Below the pieces are notes generated by a model. That model did no database searches, had not been told where the DNA came from, and saw only the letters and a list, made by a program, of their open reading frames with translations. From a virus, in the IMG/VR virus record IMGVR_UViG_3300049995_000120, positions 1 through 64,000 of that record: a stretch of 64,000 bases of DNA; one strand, written 5' to 3'. Made by a program: the position numbers and the translations under genes. This document shows positions 1 through 7,954 of this stretch, piece after piece (the stretch's first letter is position 1; the number at the start of each line of letters is the position of its first letter).

Positions 1-2
1 AA

Positions 3-167
3 GGCACCCTGCCCGTCGATGGTGACTGGAATGAGGCCTTGTTTAAGTTTTCTGTTCAGCTAGCAAAATCATACGAAATACGCTCGCGTTGTTCCTATTG
101 CCGGCATAAATACACGGAAGAAGACAAATATTCTTGCTCTAAGTGTGGTGCGCCAAAGGAGGCATAA
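3..167 (+). CDS. 5'-truncated hypothetical protein with C-terminal zinc ribbon
   Basis: Open frame from the window edge: ...RCSYCRHK...SCSKCGAPKEA*; the stop overlaps the next ATG (TAATG). Confidence 0.6.
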   Translation, partial: GTLPVDGDWNEALFKFSVQLAKSYEIRSRCSYCRHKYTEEDKYSCSKCGAPKEA

Positions 168-388
168 TGTTTTACGACATCATGAGTATTCTCTGGTTAA
201 TTCTTGCTTGTTATTGCTTGCTCTTTGAGCATGATACAGACCACTTCGTGATCGCTCTTGCTATGGCCATGGCCAATGTCGCATTGAGCGAGATAGGCAA
301 AATCAATAAGATCTTAGATGTAACGGGCTTGAAAATTGCGGCTGAAACTTTGTTCGCCGTAGAGAAGAAACGGAAGGAGAAGTCATGA
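167..388 (+). CDS. small membrane protein
   Basis: AGGAGG SD before ATG167; two hydrophobic segments. Confidence 0.6.
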   Translation: MFYDIMSILWLILACYCLLFEHDTDHFVIALAMAMANVALSEIGKINKILDVTGLKIAAETLFAVEKKRKEKS

Positions 389-615
389 CTTTTATATTAA
401 GAATTATACTAGGTGCGTGGTTTGTTTGTTTCTGTTTGGATTTGTTCCTGTTATTATATACATCAAAACGAATGTATGACTCTGGTGCAAACTGTCAACA
501 CCGGATTCTGTTATTGACACTTATGGTTATTGTGTCCCTTTCTGGCCCATTATTGTTAATCGGCCTGGAAATTTACGGTAAGAGGAATCCCACGTCCCTG
601 GATATTTTTGTCTAG
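385..615 (+). CDS. small two-TM membrane protein
   Basis: ATGA overlap with the previous gene; two hydrophobic helices. Confidence 0.6.
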   Translation: MTFILRIILGAWFVCFCLDLFLLLYTSKRMYDSGANCQHRILLLTLMVIVSLSGPLLLIGLEIYGKRNPTSLDIFV

Positions 616-680
616 ACGTAAACAAGAATTCCCGTATTATCAGCTTGGACGCAAAGTGTAAATACTTCTTCAATAAGAGC

Positions 681-709
681 TTGCAAAGTGGGAGGGTTTG
701 ATGTAGAAT
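681..709 (+). promoter_or_regulatory. sigma70-type promoter for the HNH leader
   Basis: TTGCAA(681-686)-17 nt-TAGAAT(704-709). Confidence 0.6.
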
Positions 710-715
710 GGGGGC

Positions 716-821
716 GCTGAAGGTTGGCGATTTTGTTTGTCAATAGAATACCGCTTTTGTGGAATCGCCAGATCTTCAGCAAACTGACAAACACCACAAA
801 GGCGGTACTCTATTTTAGGAG
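716..821 (+). ncRNA. structured leader RNA of HNH gene (hairpin with loop complementary to the SD-proximal region)
   Basis: 716-732 pairs with 763-780; loop 734-742 is complementary to 785-793; loop 742-762 is complementary to 794-814; AGGAG at 817-821. Confidence 0.7.
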
Positions 822-826
822 TACGA

Positions 827-1381
827 ATGAATAGAATTAAACGATGTTCAAAATGCAAAAAGATAAAATCCGTTTCTGAATTCCATAAAAACAAAGCAGA
901 AGTAGATGGGTTGTGTTATTGGTGTAAAGAGTGTAATAAAGCACATGTAAAAAAATATTATCAAAATAATTCCGAAAAAAGAAAATCATATTCGAGAGAT
1001 TATAGGCAAAAGAATCCGTCTGCCATTTATCAATATAATAAGCGCTATAAGAACAACCATCTTGAAACGACAAGAGCCTTCTTCAGGGTGTATACTCATA
1101 AACGACGCGCTTTAATGCAAAGTAATGGGGGAGAATTTTCGATGACGCAATTTCTTGCGCTTATTGAATTTTATTGCGCTTCTGGAAATTGTTTGGGTTG
1201 TGGTAAAAATTGCAAGTTTGATGCAGATCATGTTATACCCATAATATTGCGCGGAGAAAATACAATTTCTAATATACAGCCTCTTTGTCATAGCTGTAAT
1301 TCAAGAAAACATATTAAGATTATTGATTATCGACCTGATCATGGGGTTTATGCTCAATGGGTTGAGAAAAATATAAAATAA
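827..1381 (+). CDS. HNH endonuclease with N-terminal zinc finger
   Basis: CSKC...CKEC N-terminus; CLGC...DHVIP...N...LCHSCNSRK HNH motif; visibly AT-rich compared with flanks. Confidence 0.9.
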   Translation: MNRIKRCSKCKKIKSVSEFHKNKAEVDGLCYWCKECNKAHVKKYYQNNSEKRKSYSRDYRQKNPSAIYQYNKRYKNNHLETTRAFFRVYTHKRRALMQSNGGEFSMTQFLALIEFYCASGNCLGCGKNCKFDADHVIPIILRGENTISNIQPLCHSCNSRKHIKIIDYRPDHGVYAQWVEKNIK

Positions 1382-1409
1382 AGAGAGCGGTCTTAGACCG
1401 CTCTCAACT
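1378..1409 (-). terminator. intrinsic terminator after the major capsid gene
   Basis: GAGAGCGGTC/GACCGCTCTC hairpin followed by TTTATTT on the minus strand. Confidence 0.65.
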
Positions 1410-1424
1410 AATTCCCAATCAGGG

Positions 1425-2894
1425 TCAGATTCGAGTGCCACCCCAAACAGCATAGTAGCGCTGATTGGCGCGTAGTGAAACACCACCATCCGCAAAGTAG
1501 CTGGAGGCGGGATCAAACTCGCGTGAGTGCTGGAGAGGAGTGTACATCACAGCATCGATGCGGCCCGCGAGTTGCGGGGTGCGCAGGACGATGCGAGGTT
1601 CCACCTTGACAGACAACTTAAAACACCACTTGACGTACTCAACGGCCCAGGAGTACATGCCACTGTCGGTCCACCAGAAGTGCTCGGTGCCGTTCAAGAG
1701 GGCCACGTCTGCCTGTGCCTGACGATAGTCGGCATACTCAAAGTATGTTACTGGGAAGCCACCCGTGATTGTGAGCGGCACCATGTAAATAGTTGAAGCA
1801 TACTGACCAGCGCGCAGATTGGCGTTGTTGACGTTATTGTGCTCGAAGATGCCCATGTCGGTGATGACTGGGTAGCGCACACCATTGATATCGATGTACA
1901 TGCCGGCGCGCATGGCGTTACGCATGTCGATATTACTGGTATCGTTGATGACCCCCACGGTTGTCTGACCGGCCACCAAACTTGAGCAGCGGTTGGTCAA
2001 ATAACGGCAAGGCCAGCAGGCCGATAACTCTTCCCACAACTGGGGGCGCATAACGATCACCCACTGAACCGGAGTAAGGCCCATGTGGTCTGCGTTGAAG
2101 CGCAGGTAGTATTCCAGGGCGCTTAGATATTCTACGATATCCAGGACTGTACCGCACACGTTCTGATAGCCGAAGTTCTTGACATCCGAATCGAGCGCGG
2201 GGCAGGCCACGTTGGTATGGGCATCCACCTGACCGGTCGCGATTTGACGATCCAGACCAGGGAACTCTATATAGCCTCCGCCGGCATTGCTGTTAGCGGG
2301 GTTGCCCTGCCAGACCTGGTTGGTCAGGAGACGTTCCAGGTTGACGCCGGCGATAATCATTTCGCTTTTCGTAACCACGTTGAGTGCATCGGTCTGGCTG
2401 GTCACGGGGCTTAGAGGGCCACCGGAGAGCAGTTGACCGCGCAACACGAGGTCGCGGAAATCGCCGCGATTGAAAGTTTTGAAGACCTTGTCCATTTCAA
2501 TGGTCTGGGTGTCACGTGCGTAACGCCCGAACATTGCGGTAAGGTTACAACCCTTCATAAAGCCGGCTGGTGCGTCAGAGCAGGGATAGGTAGGTTCATT
2601 GCCAGTTGTGGCAGTGAAACCAGTGATACTAGCGAAGATGGGGTTCTCTTCTGTAGTAGGAAGGCGCTGAAGCACCTGCACAATCCCGCCCAGAGGGCGG
2701 ATATGGGCAGTGATTACATCCCGCTCGATCGGGAAAGAACCGAACAACGAGCCATTGCCGTGCAGTTCGGTGAAAGTCCCAAAGTTAGCGGGGGTATTCT
2801 TCTGGTGCATCTGCTCCTTGCTATACAGAGCCTTTAGAGCCTCCGTATTCGCCTGCATGTTGTCATACATGCTTTTGAGCATTTTTTCGTCCAT
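1425..2894 (-). CDS. major capsid protein (probable)
   Basis: 489 aa, directly downstream of the protease/scaffold in the terminase-portal operon; GGAGG SD; followed by a terminator. Confidence 0.75.
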   Translation of the reverse strand: MDEKMLKSMYDNMQANTEALKALYSKEQMHQKNTPANFGTFTELHGNGSLFGSFPIERDVITAHIRPLGGIVQVLQRLPTTEENPIFASITGFTATTGNEPTYPCSDAPAGFMKGCNLTAMFGRYARDTQTIEMDKVFKTFNRGDFRDLVLRGQLLSGGPLSPVTSQTDALNVVTKSEMIIAGVNLERLLTNQVWQGNPANSNAGGGYIEFPGLDRQIATGQVDAHTNVACPALDSDVKNFGYQNVCGTVLDIVEYLSALEYYLRFNADHMGLTPVQWVIVMRPQLWEELSACWPCRYLTNRCSSLVAGQTTVGVINDTSNIDMRNAMRAGMYIDINGVRYPVITDMGIFEHNNVNNANLRAGQYASTIYMVPLTITGGFPVTYFEYADYRQAQADVALLNGTEHFWWTDSGMYSWAVEYVKWCFKLSVKVEPRIVLRTPQLAGRIDAVMYTPLQHSREFDPASSYFADGGVSLRANQRYYAVWGGTRI

Positions 2895-2913
2895 TTGATC
2901 CTCCGAATGAGGT

Positions 2914-4830
2914 TTAGGATGGCTTGGGCTGATCGAATTCTTTCATGATCTGATCAACCACGAAGTATCCAATGTTGGTCGCGCCGGCGGCGGGTGGGAC
3001 CTGAGTTTCCTCAGGCTTTGACTTCGCTAGGGCGGTACGACCATCCACCAAAGTCTCGGAATTGCCAATCACGGAGCGAGCCAGGAGAGCAGAGAGAGAC
3101 GCGATAGGCGTCTGTGCAGCCGCTTTCGTGATCTTCGCTTCGTCTGTTTCTTTCAGGGATTTTACATCACCCTGCAGAGTGGCAACCGTGGCTTCCATGG
3201 TATCAAAGCGATGGTCGATGGCTGTCAACCGCTCGTTGATAACCGCAGAAACCGCGTCGGCAATTTCTTGGACGGTGGGAATGGGATTGGCTGGAGGGGT
3301 TGGAGCCTCAGTTTCTTTAGTGATCGGAGAAGATGCAGGTACGGGGGGAACAGCCGGGGCCGTCTCCGGGGGAGTTGTGGCGGCAGTTGGCTCAACAGTT
3401 TCTTTTGACTGAATGCCAGCCGTCTTTGCCTCCTTTGCCATATCCGCATTCTTTTTCTCAAGATCATCGAGAACTTCGGCAGGGATACCCAATTCGATCA
3501 ACGCCTTTTTCTTGTCGTTGGGAATAGCCATATTTGAATCCTCCTTGAGAACTGTGAAACTGGTGAGCATATTGGCCGCTGACTTGGTAGGCAACGGACT
3601 GATTTCCGCCGTAACATGCTCGATAATTACGGTGGGGTCTTCGGGGTCGCGCACGATGGATTTTATTGGCATTCCGTGGGACACCCGTAGTTCTTTGGGG
3701 TCAATTTGGGACAGGTATTCAGCAAGAGGTTCACAGCCCTTGCGTACTGTCCCCAGGGCGAGAGCGAAACCGGCATCATCATAGGCCAGCCAGGTTGCGT
3801 CTCCCCAGGCATACTCTGGGATATGGTACAGCCAGAGTTCGGGTTGCGGGACAAATCCTTTATCGACTTTATCGACAAAAGATTCATGAGAGTGGGAAGA
3901 GATAATTTCAGGCGGGTTGTCCCGATCCCTGAAATTATTGGAGTAACGCGCGCTCCAGTGCCAGGTGCCATCGGCTTCTTTCCATAACATCAAGCCAGAG
4001 TTGTCAGGATCGACTTCTTTGATTTCCCATCCAAAGATAGTACCGAACCACTCTTTGACTTTATCGCCTAACGACTTATTGGCATTCGCCAGAATCTTCT
4101 TGGCGCGCGCCTGAAGTTTAGAGCGCAATGATTCGGAGAGCCAGGATTCGCCTTCTACTTTACCGGTTGCAGACTGCCCCAGGCGGGAAAGAGCATTGCG
4201 CAAGTGGGGGAGATCGATCGAGCCATCAGCCTTTTTGTAGGGGAGATGACGCTTGGAACGAGGAGTTGTTTTTCCCCCCGAATCTTTCTCGCCGCCCGGT
4301 TCAACGTACAGGAACGCAGAGTCAGGTAGGTCATTGGTGGAAGCGGAGGCCTTGGTTTCTGAATCTTCGCCCCCCTCTGCGCTGGCATCCGCAATATCTT
4401 TATCCAGGCGTTTAGCAAGTTTTTCAGCCAACGATTGAATATTTGATGCCTTTTCAGATACCGTGGGAATATCAATATTCCACAAAACATCCAAAACCAG
4501 ATTTTGGAAGTCGGAAGACGTGGAGCGGAGTTCATTAACGGCGTCCTCGGATTCCCGCCAGGCATCGAGTTCTTCCCAGGTAGTAATTGTGGAAGGGAAG
4601 AAGGATGAAGACTTTTCCGTTTGAGTTTCCAGTTCCTTGAGCAACATTTCTTCCTGTTCCACGGTCAGGTCTTTCTTAGAGCGCCCCTCTGCGGCGTATA
4701 GGGCGCGCATGTGTGCGCCTGCCTTTGCGTTTGTATCATGGCATCCACCAGGCACTACCGCGCCTTTTTCGTCTCCCACCTTTTTACAAACACAAAATTT
4801 ACCATCCTGCTTATATACTTGATAGGGCAT
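2914..4830 (-). CDS. prohead protease / scaffold fusion
   Basis: Central protease-like segment (SNNFRDRD..EII..LWLYH..EIS); Pro/Ala-rich and coiled-coil C-terminus; lies just before the capsid gene. Confidence 0.65.
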   Translation of the reverse strand: MPYQVYKQDGKFCVCKKVGDEKGAVVPGGCHDTNAKAGAHMRALYAAEGRSKKDLTVEQEEMLLKELETQTEKSSSFFPSTITTWEELDAWRESEDAVNELRSTSSDFQNLVLDVLWNIDIPTVSEKASNIQSLAEKLAKRLDKDIADASAEGGEDSETKASASTNDLPDSAFLYVEPGGEKDSGGKTTPRSKRHLPYKKADGSIDLPHLRNALSRLGQSATGKVEGESWLSESLRSKLQARAKKILANANKSLGDKVKEWFGTIFGWEIKEVDPDNSGLMLWKEADGTWHWSARYSNNFRDRDNPPEIISSHSHESFVDKVDKGFVPQPELWLYHIPEYAWGDATWLAYDDAGFALALGTVRKGCEPLAEYLSQIDPKELRVSHGMPIKSIVRDPEDPTVIIEHVTAEISPLPTKSAANMLTSFTVLKEDSNMAIPNDKKKALIELGIPAEVLDDLEKKNADMAKEAKTAGIQSKETVEPTAATTPPETAPAVPPVPASSPITKETEAPTPPANPIPTVQEIADAVSAVINERLTAIDHRFDTMEATVATLQGDVKSLKETDEAKITKAAAQTPIASLSALLARSVIGNSETLVDGRTALAKSKPEETQVPPAAGATNIGYFVVDQIMKEFDQPKPS

Positions 4831-4842
4831 GGTTAACTCCTA

Positions 4843-4913
4843 TAAAAGAAAAAGGGCGAATCCATAATAGGGATTCGCCCAGTACGAGCAACTTCATTTG
4901 CATAAGTATAACA
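4843..4913 (-). promoter_or_regulatory. extended -10 promoter followed by terminator-like hairpin (late head leader)
   Basis: TGtTATACT at 4913-4905; GGGCGAATCC/GGATTCGCCC hairpin at 4880-4854 plus U-tract; then AGGAG and ATG4830. Confidence 0.55.
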
Positions 4914-4933
4914 TAGTTCATGAAATGTTGCAA

Positions 4934-5167
4934 TCACCGGATGGATTGGAGCAATTCCAGGAACTGCCCCGCGTTGGCTTTTGGCTCAAAGCAGACACGG
5001 CGCGGGGTCGTCCAGGCGATAGGTAGGGCGTCGGCGTTGACGAAGACCGTGATGGTCAACATCGCCAGTCCCGACTGGCTACGCGCGTGCGACTGCAATG
5101 AGCGGATCACGTTAAGCCAAGCTGGCCTGATATCTGTAGGAAGCAAAATGGGTGTATCGTTACTCAT
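4934..5167 (-). CDS. hypothetical protein
   Basis: ATGA overlap with the upstream gene in the head operon. Confidence 0.6.
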   Translation of the reverse strand: MSNDTPILLPTDIRPAWLNVIRSLQSHARSQSGLAMLTITVFVNADALPIAWTTPRRVCFEPKANAGQFLELLQSIR

Positions 5168-5670
5168 GGTTTAACTGCCTGTCCTTTCGCAATGGCATCT
5201 GCCATCACCTTGTCGATTTCTCTTTCAAATTCGGGCGCATATTTCTCTTTCAGAGCAACCGAGAACTCCTGTGCATCAATACCTGGTTGAGCGCCTAACC
5301 CTGCTCTTGTCATGGCACTGCGCCCACGTATTACAGCGCCACCTACACCCAAACCAGATCGCAGACTCTTGTGGCTAGTCTTGGCCTCAAAGGGATTACT
5401 CATCAGTGCCCACCTTTCTGATGTTCCACCATCCAACATGAACATGGCCTTATCTTCTGTTTGCGCCGTTCCCTTGATCTCGTTGGCGGTTTCTTCTATC
5501 TTGACCGTGGGTTGTGGTTGGTGGTCCCAAGGTTCAACCAGAAAACGCAGTTCCTCCGCCGCACGATCACAGACGCGCTTAGTAGCGGCGCGAAGGTTCG
5601 CCTTGACCGCGTTGGCAGTCTTAGGATAGAGTTTCGGAAGGATTGCTTTCACGTAAACTTGAGTAGCCAT
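5164..5670 (-). CDS. putative neck/head-completion protein (HK97 gp10-like)
   Basis: Size, position, and LDGGT...PGIDAQEF motif pattern. Confidence 0.45.
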   Translation of the reverse strand: MATQVYVKAILPKLYPKTANAVKANLRAATKRVCDRAAEELRFLVEPWDHQPQPTVKIEETANEIKGTAQTEDKAMFMLDGGTSERWALMSNPFEAKTSHKSLRSGLGVGGAVIRGRSAMTRAGLGAQPGIDAQEFSVALKEKYAPEFEREIDKVMADAIAKGQAVKP

Positions 5671-5676
5671 AAGACC

Positions 5677-6300
5677 TCACGGTAGATGGGGGAGCGGTCC
5701 CTTGGACAGTGGATCGGTGGTTGGCTCCAAGGAGCATTTACAACCGCCGTCGCATTCTAATAAATCCCAACTTTTGGGAGTGACATGGGCATACCAGTAC
5801 GATGCCCTTTTGACCTTCCCGTTCAGACGCAGGCAGGAATTACACGACTCCTTTGGGGCATCGATCGTCCATTTGAGTGGCTTGTCCTTACCTGCCATGG
5901 CGGTAGCCAGTTGCACAATGCGGGTGTATGCCGCAACCCATAATTCGATGCGCTGCATACAGGTGGCCAGTTTACCGCCATTGGCCTTGGAGTTTACTGC
6001 AATGAAATCGGCCACGCCTTCAATGTAGGCGGTCTCGTGCTGTATTTCCTGCATTAGACGGGAACGTTCTTCGGGTGTCTGGTCGGAAAGACTCATGCCG
6101 AATTTCTGCATACCCTCTTCCCATGCCTGGTTGAAACCGCGCGTGATGGTCAGCATCATGGACTGGTAGAAATCAAAGAAGTCCATCGTACCGCCCCACA
6201 GGCCACGCGCATTCTCGCGCAGGAGCATTTTGTAACCGTCTATGGTTTTGACTCTCATGTCAATCCAGAAGGTTATCTTCGTCTGCCGAAGTATCGACAT
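5677..6300 (-). CDS. minor head morphogenesis protein (MuF-like)
   Basis: KW...SCNSCLRLNG...LEC.GGCKCSL cysteine motif, directly after the portal. Confidence 0.65.
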   Translation of the reverse strand: MSILRQTKITFWIDMRVKTIDGYKMLLRENARGLWGGTMDFFDFYQSMMLTITRGFNQAWEEGMQKFGMSLSDQTPEERSRLMQEIQHETAYIEGVADFIAVNSKANGGKLATCMQRIELWVAAYTRIVQLATAMAGKDKPLKWTIDAPKESCNSCLRLNGKVKRASYWYAHVTPKSWDLLECDGGCKCSLEPTTDPLSKGPLPHLP

Positions 6301-7945
6301 GGCTATCTAACTCCACTTTGGTGTTGGGTGCCAGCAGATTCTCGCGCCTTGTTGGATTCAAGCGTGGTTGTTTCTTCTCGCCGTCACCCTCTGGTGCGAC
6401 CGAAACCGGTTTGGGTTCGATATACAATTTCTTCAGTTGTTCCAGAGCCGCATCTGCGCGCTGGAAGATAACGCGCTGGTCTACGCTGGAGGCATTGAGC
6501 AACTTTTCGTTGACTTTCATGATGGCCGCGTCGGCCTTCATGATGACATAGGATGGATCGTTGGTGGTGGTGTCCAGCGGGTTTTCAATCCCTTCAAGGG
6601 TTAGCAGACTTTTATAACGACCTTCTGAGGAGGCGAACAAGGCGATGACTGGCGTTCCATCCAGTAAACGCCCATCTTGTAATTCCAGGGTCTCGAACTG
6701 TTTGCGGGTCAGATCGCCGTCCCCCACCATCTGCTCGCGGGCAACACGTTTATCGATCACGCCCACTTTCACATCCCGCTCGCGTCGCTGCGAGCGCACA
6801 TGTTTGATGTCTGCAACCTGCTGATCTTCGGCATCGTCCTGGAAGTCCCACAGCATTTTCATGGTGGGAGGCAGGAACTTGCGGTTGAACTGCGCTTCCA
6901 TATCGGATATGATCTGCCCTGGCCCCTTGCCGCGCTGTTTCAGGTGAGCCAGGAGGGCATCGGCGCGGGTTGCACCTGCTTCAAGACCTGGGAAGAGATC
7001 GCGCGCATCCACCCCAAAGGCCATAGCGATGGTAGCCATCCCAAGAGTAAGGGAAGTACGCTCATCAAAACCATCAGGCAGGGTGGTGAATGTCACTTGT
7101 TTAACATCGGCATCGGGCATGGCAGAGTTACCGGCCACCACAATCTTGCTGTAGCGGCTGAAACCCTGGTTATCATTCATCTCGTTGGCCATGGCAAAGG
7201 CGGAGCGCATGTCTTCGGGATCGAGACCGCCGCGCGTGATAAGTAGTTCTCGATGAGGGCGCGAACCTAACTTCTCCATTTTATAGACAGCGATGTCGAT
7301 CAGGTTCTGAGCCGCCATGGTGGCGCGACTTATCGCGCAATAGCCAACTCCCATCATTTCATCAATGGCCGATGACATCTGAGAGTTGAACATGACGCGT
7401 GTGTAATGGAGTTTATAGATTTTCCCTTTGGAATCCATATAAAGGACTGGATAAGTGGCTTTCCCCGTGCGTTGGCAGCGGTAACTGTCAAGATGGGCGA
7501 CCGTGATGGGCTGACCGAGGATCGGGCCTGCGGGATCGCCGGGGCCGATGACTTCGGCAAACCAGCCGTTGTCGGTGCCAAGCATGTCTTCCAAGATCTT
7601 GGAGTAAAAAGGATTGAAACCCTCACCAAACTCTGCCCCATCCATCAAGCGCTCTGTTTCTTCTTCGGCCTGTTCTGCAAGTTTCACGTCAGTGTAATCT
7701 CTAGGAACTACCATAAAAGGAATGGCGGTTAATTTGGCAATCATGTTGTACATTGCGCCAGCCAGAGCGTCACCCTTTTTCCAGAATGAACGCAGAGAAC
7801 TATCGCGCGTTGGAGACCACCAGGGAGGAAGTAGGTTGTTGCCAACCGCGAGCGCAAGTAATAGAGGCAGTCCAGTGGCAATGCCTCCTTCAGCCCTGGA
7901 TTGGATTGTGTTTTGAGTCGCTTGCTCAACGAGAGAAGGTGACAT
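6260..7945 (-). CDS. portal protein
   Basis: 561 aa directly after TerL; AKLTAIPF, GWFAEV, IAMAFGV and EQM portal-like segments. Confidence 0.75.
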   Translation of the reverse strand: MSPSLVEQATQNTIQSRAEGGIATGLPLLLALAVGNNLLPPWWSPTRDSSLRSFWKKGDALAGAMYNMIAKLTAIPFMVVPRDYTDVKLAEQAEEETERLMDGAEFGEGFNPFYSKILEDMLGTDNGWFAEVIGPGDPAGPILGQPITVAHLDSYRCQRTGKATYPVLYMDSKGKIYKLHYTRVMFNSQMSSAIDEMMGVGYCAISRATMAAQNLIDIAVYKMEKLGSRPHRELLITRGGLDPEDMRSAFAMANEMNDNQGFSRYSKIVVAGNSAMPDADVKQVTFTTLPDGFDERTSLTLGMATIAMAFGVDARDLFPGLEAGATRADALLAHLKQRGKGPGQIISDMEAQFNRKFLPPTMKMLWDFQDDAEDQQVADIKHVRSQRRERDVKVGVIDKRVAREQMVGDGDLTRKQFETLELQDGRLLDGTPVIALFASSEGRYKSLLTLEGIENPLDTTTNDPSYVIMKADAAIMKVNEKLLNASSVDQRVIFQRADAALEQLKKLYIEPKPVSVAPEGDGEKKQPRLNPTRRENLLAPNTKVELDSHVDTSADEDNLLD

Positions 7946-7954
7946 AATTACTCC

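Noticed and set aside
716-1381. IscB/HEARO (OMEGA) system
   Set aside because: The proteins are short HNH/zinc-finger enzymes with no PLMP or split RuvC motifs, and the RNA is only about 105 nt. No match to the b' sequences elsewhere in the window was found by eye, so RNA guiding remains unsupported speculation.
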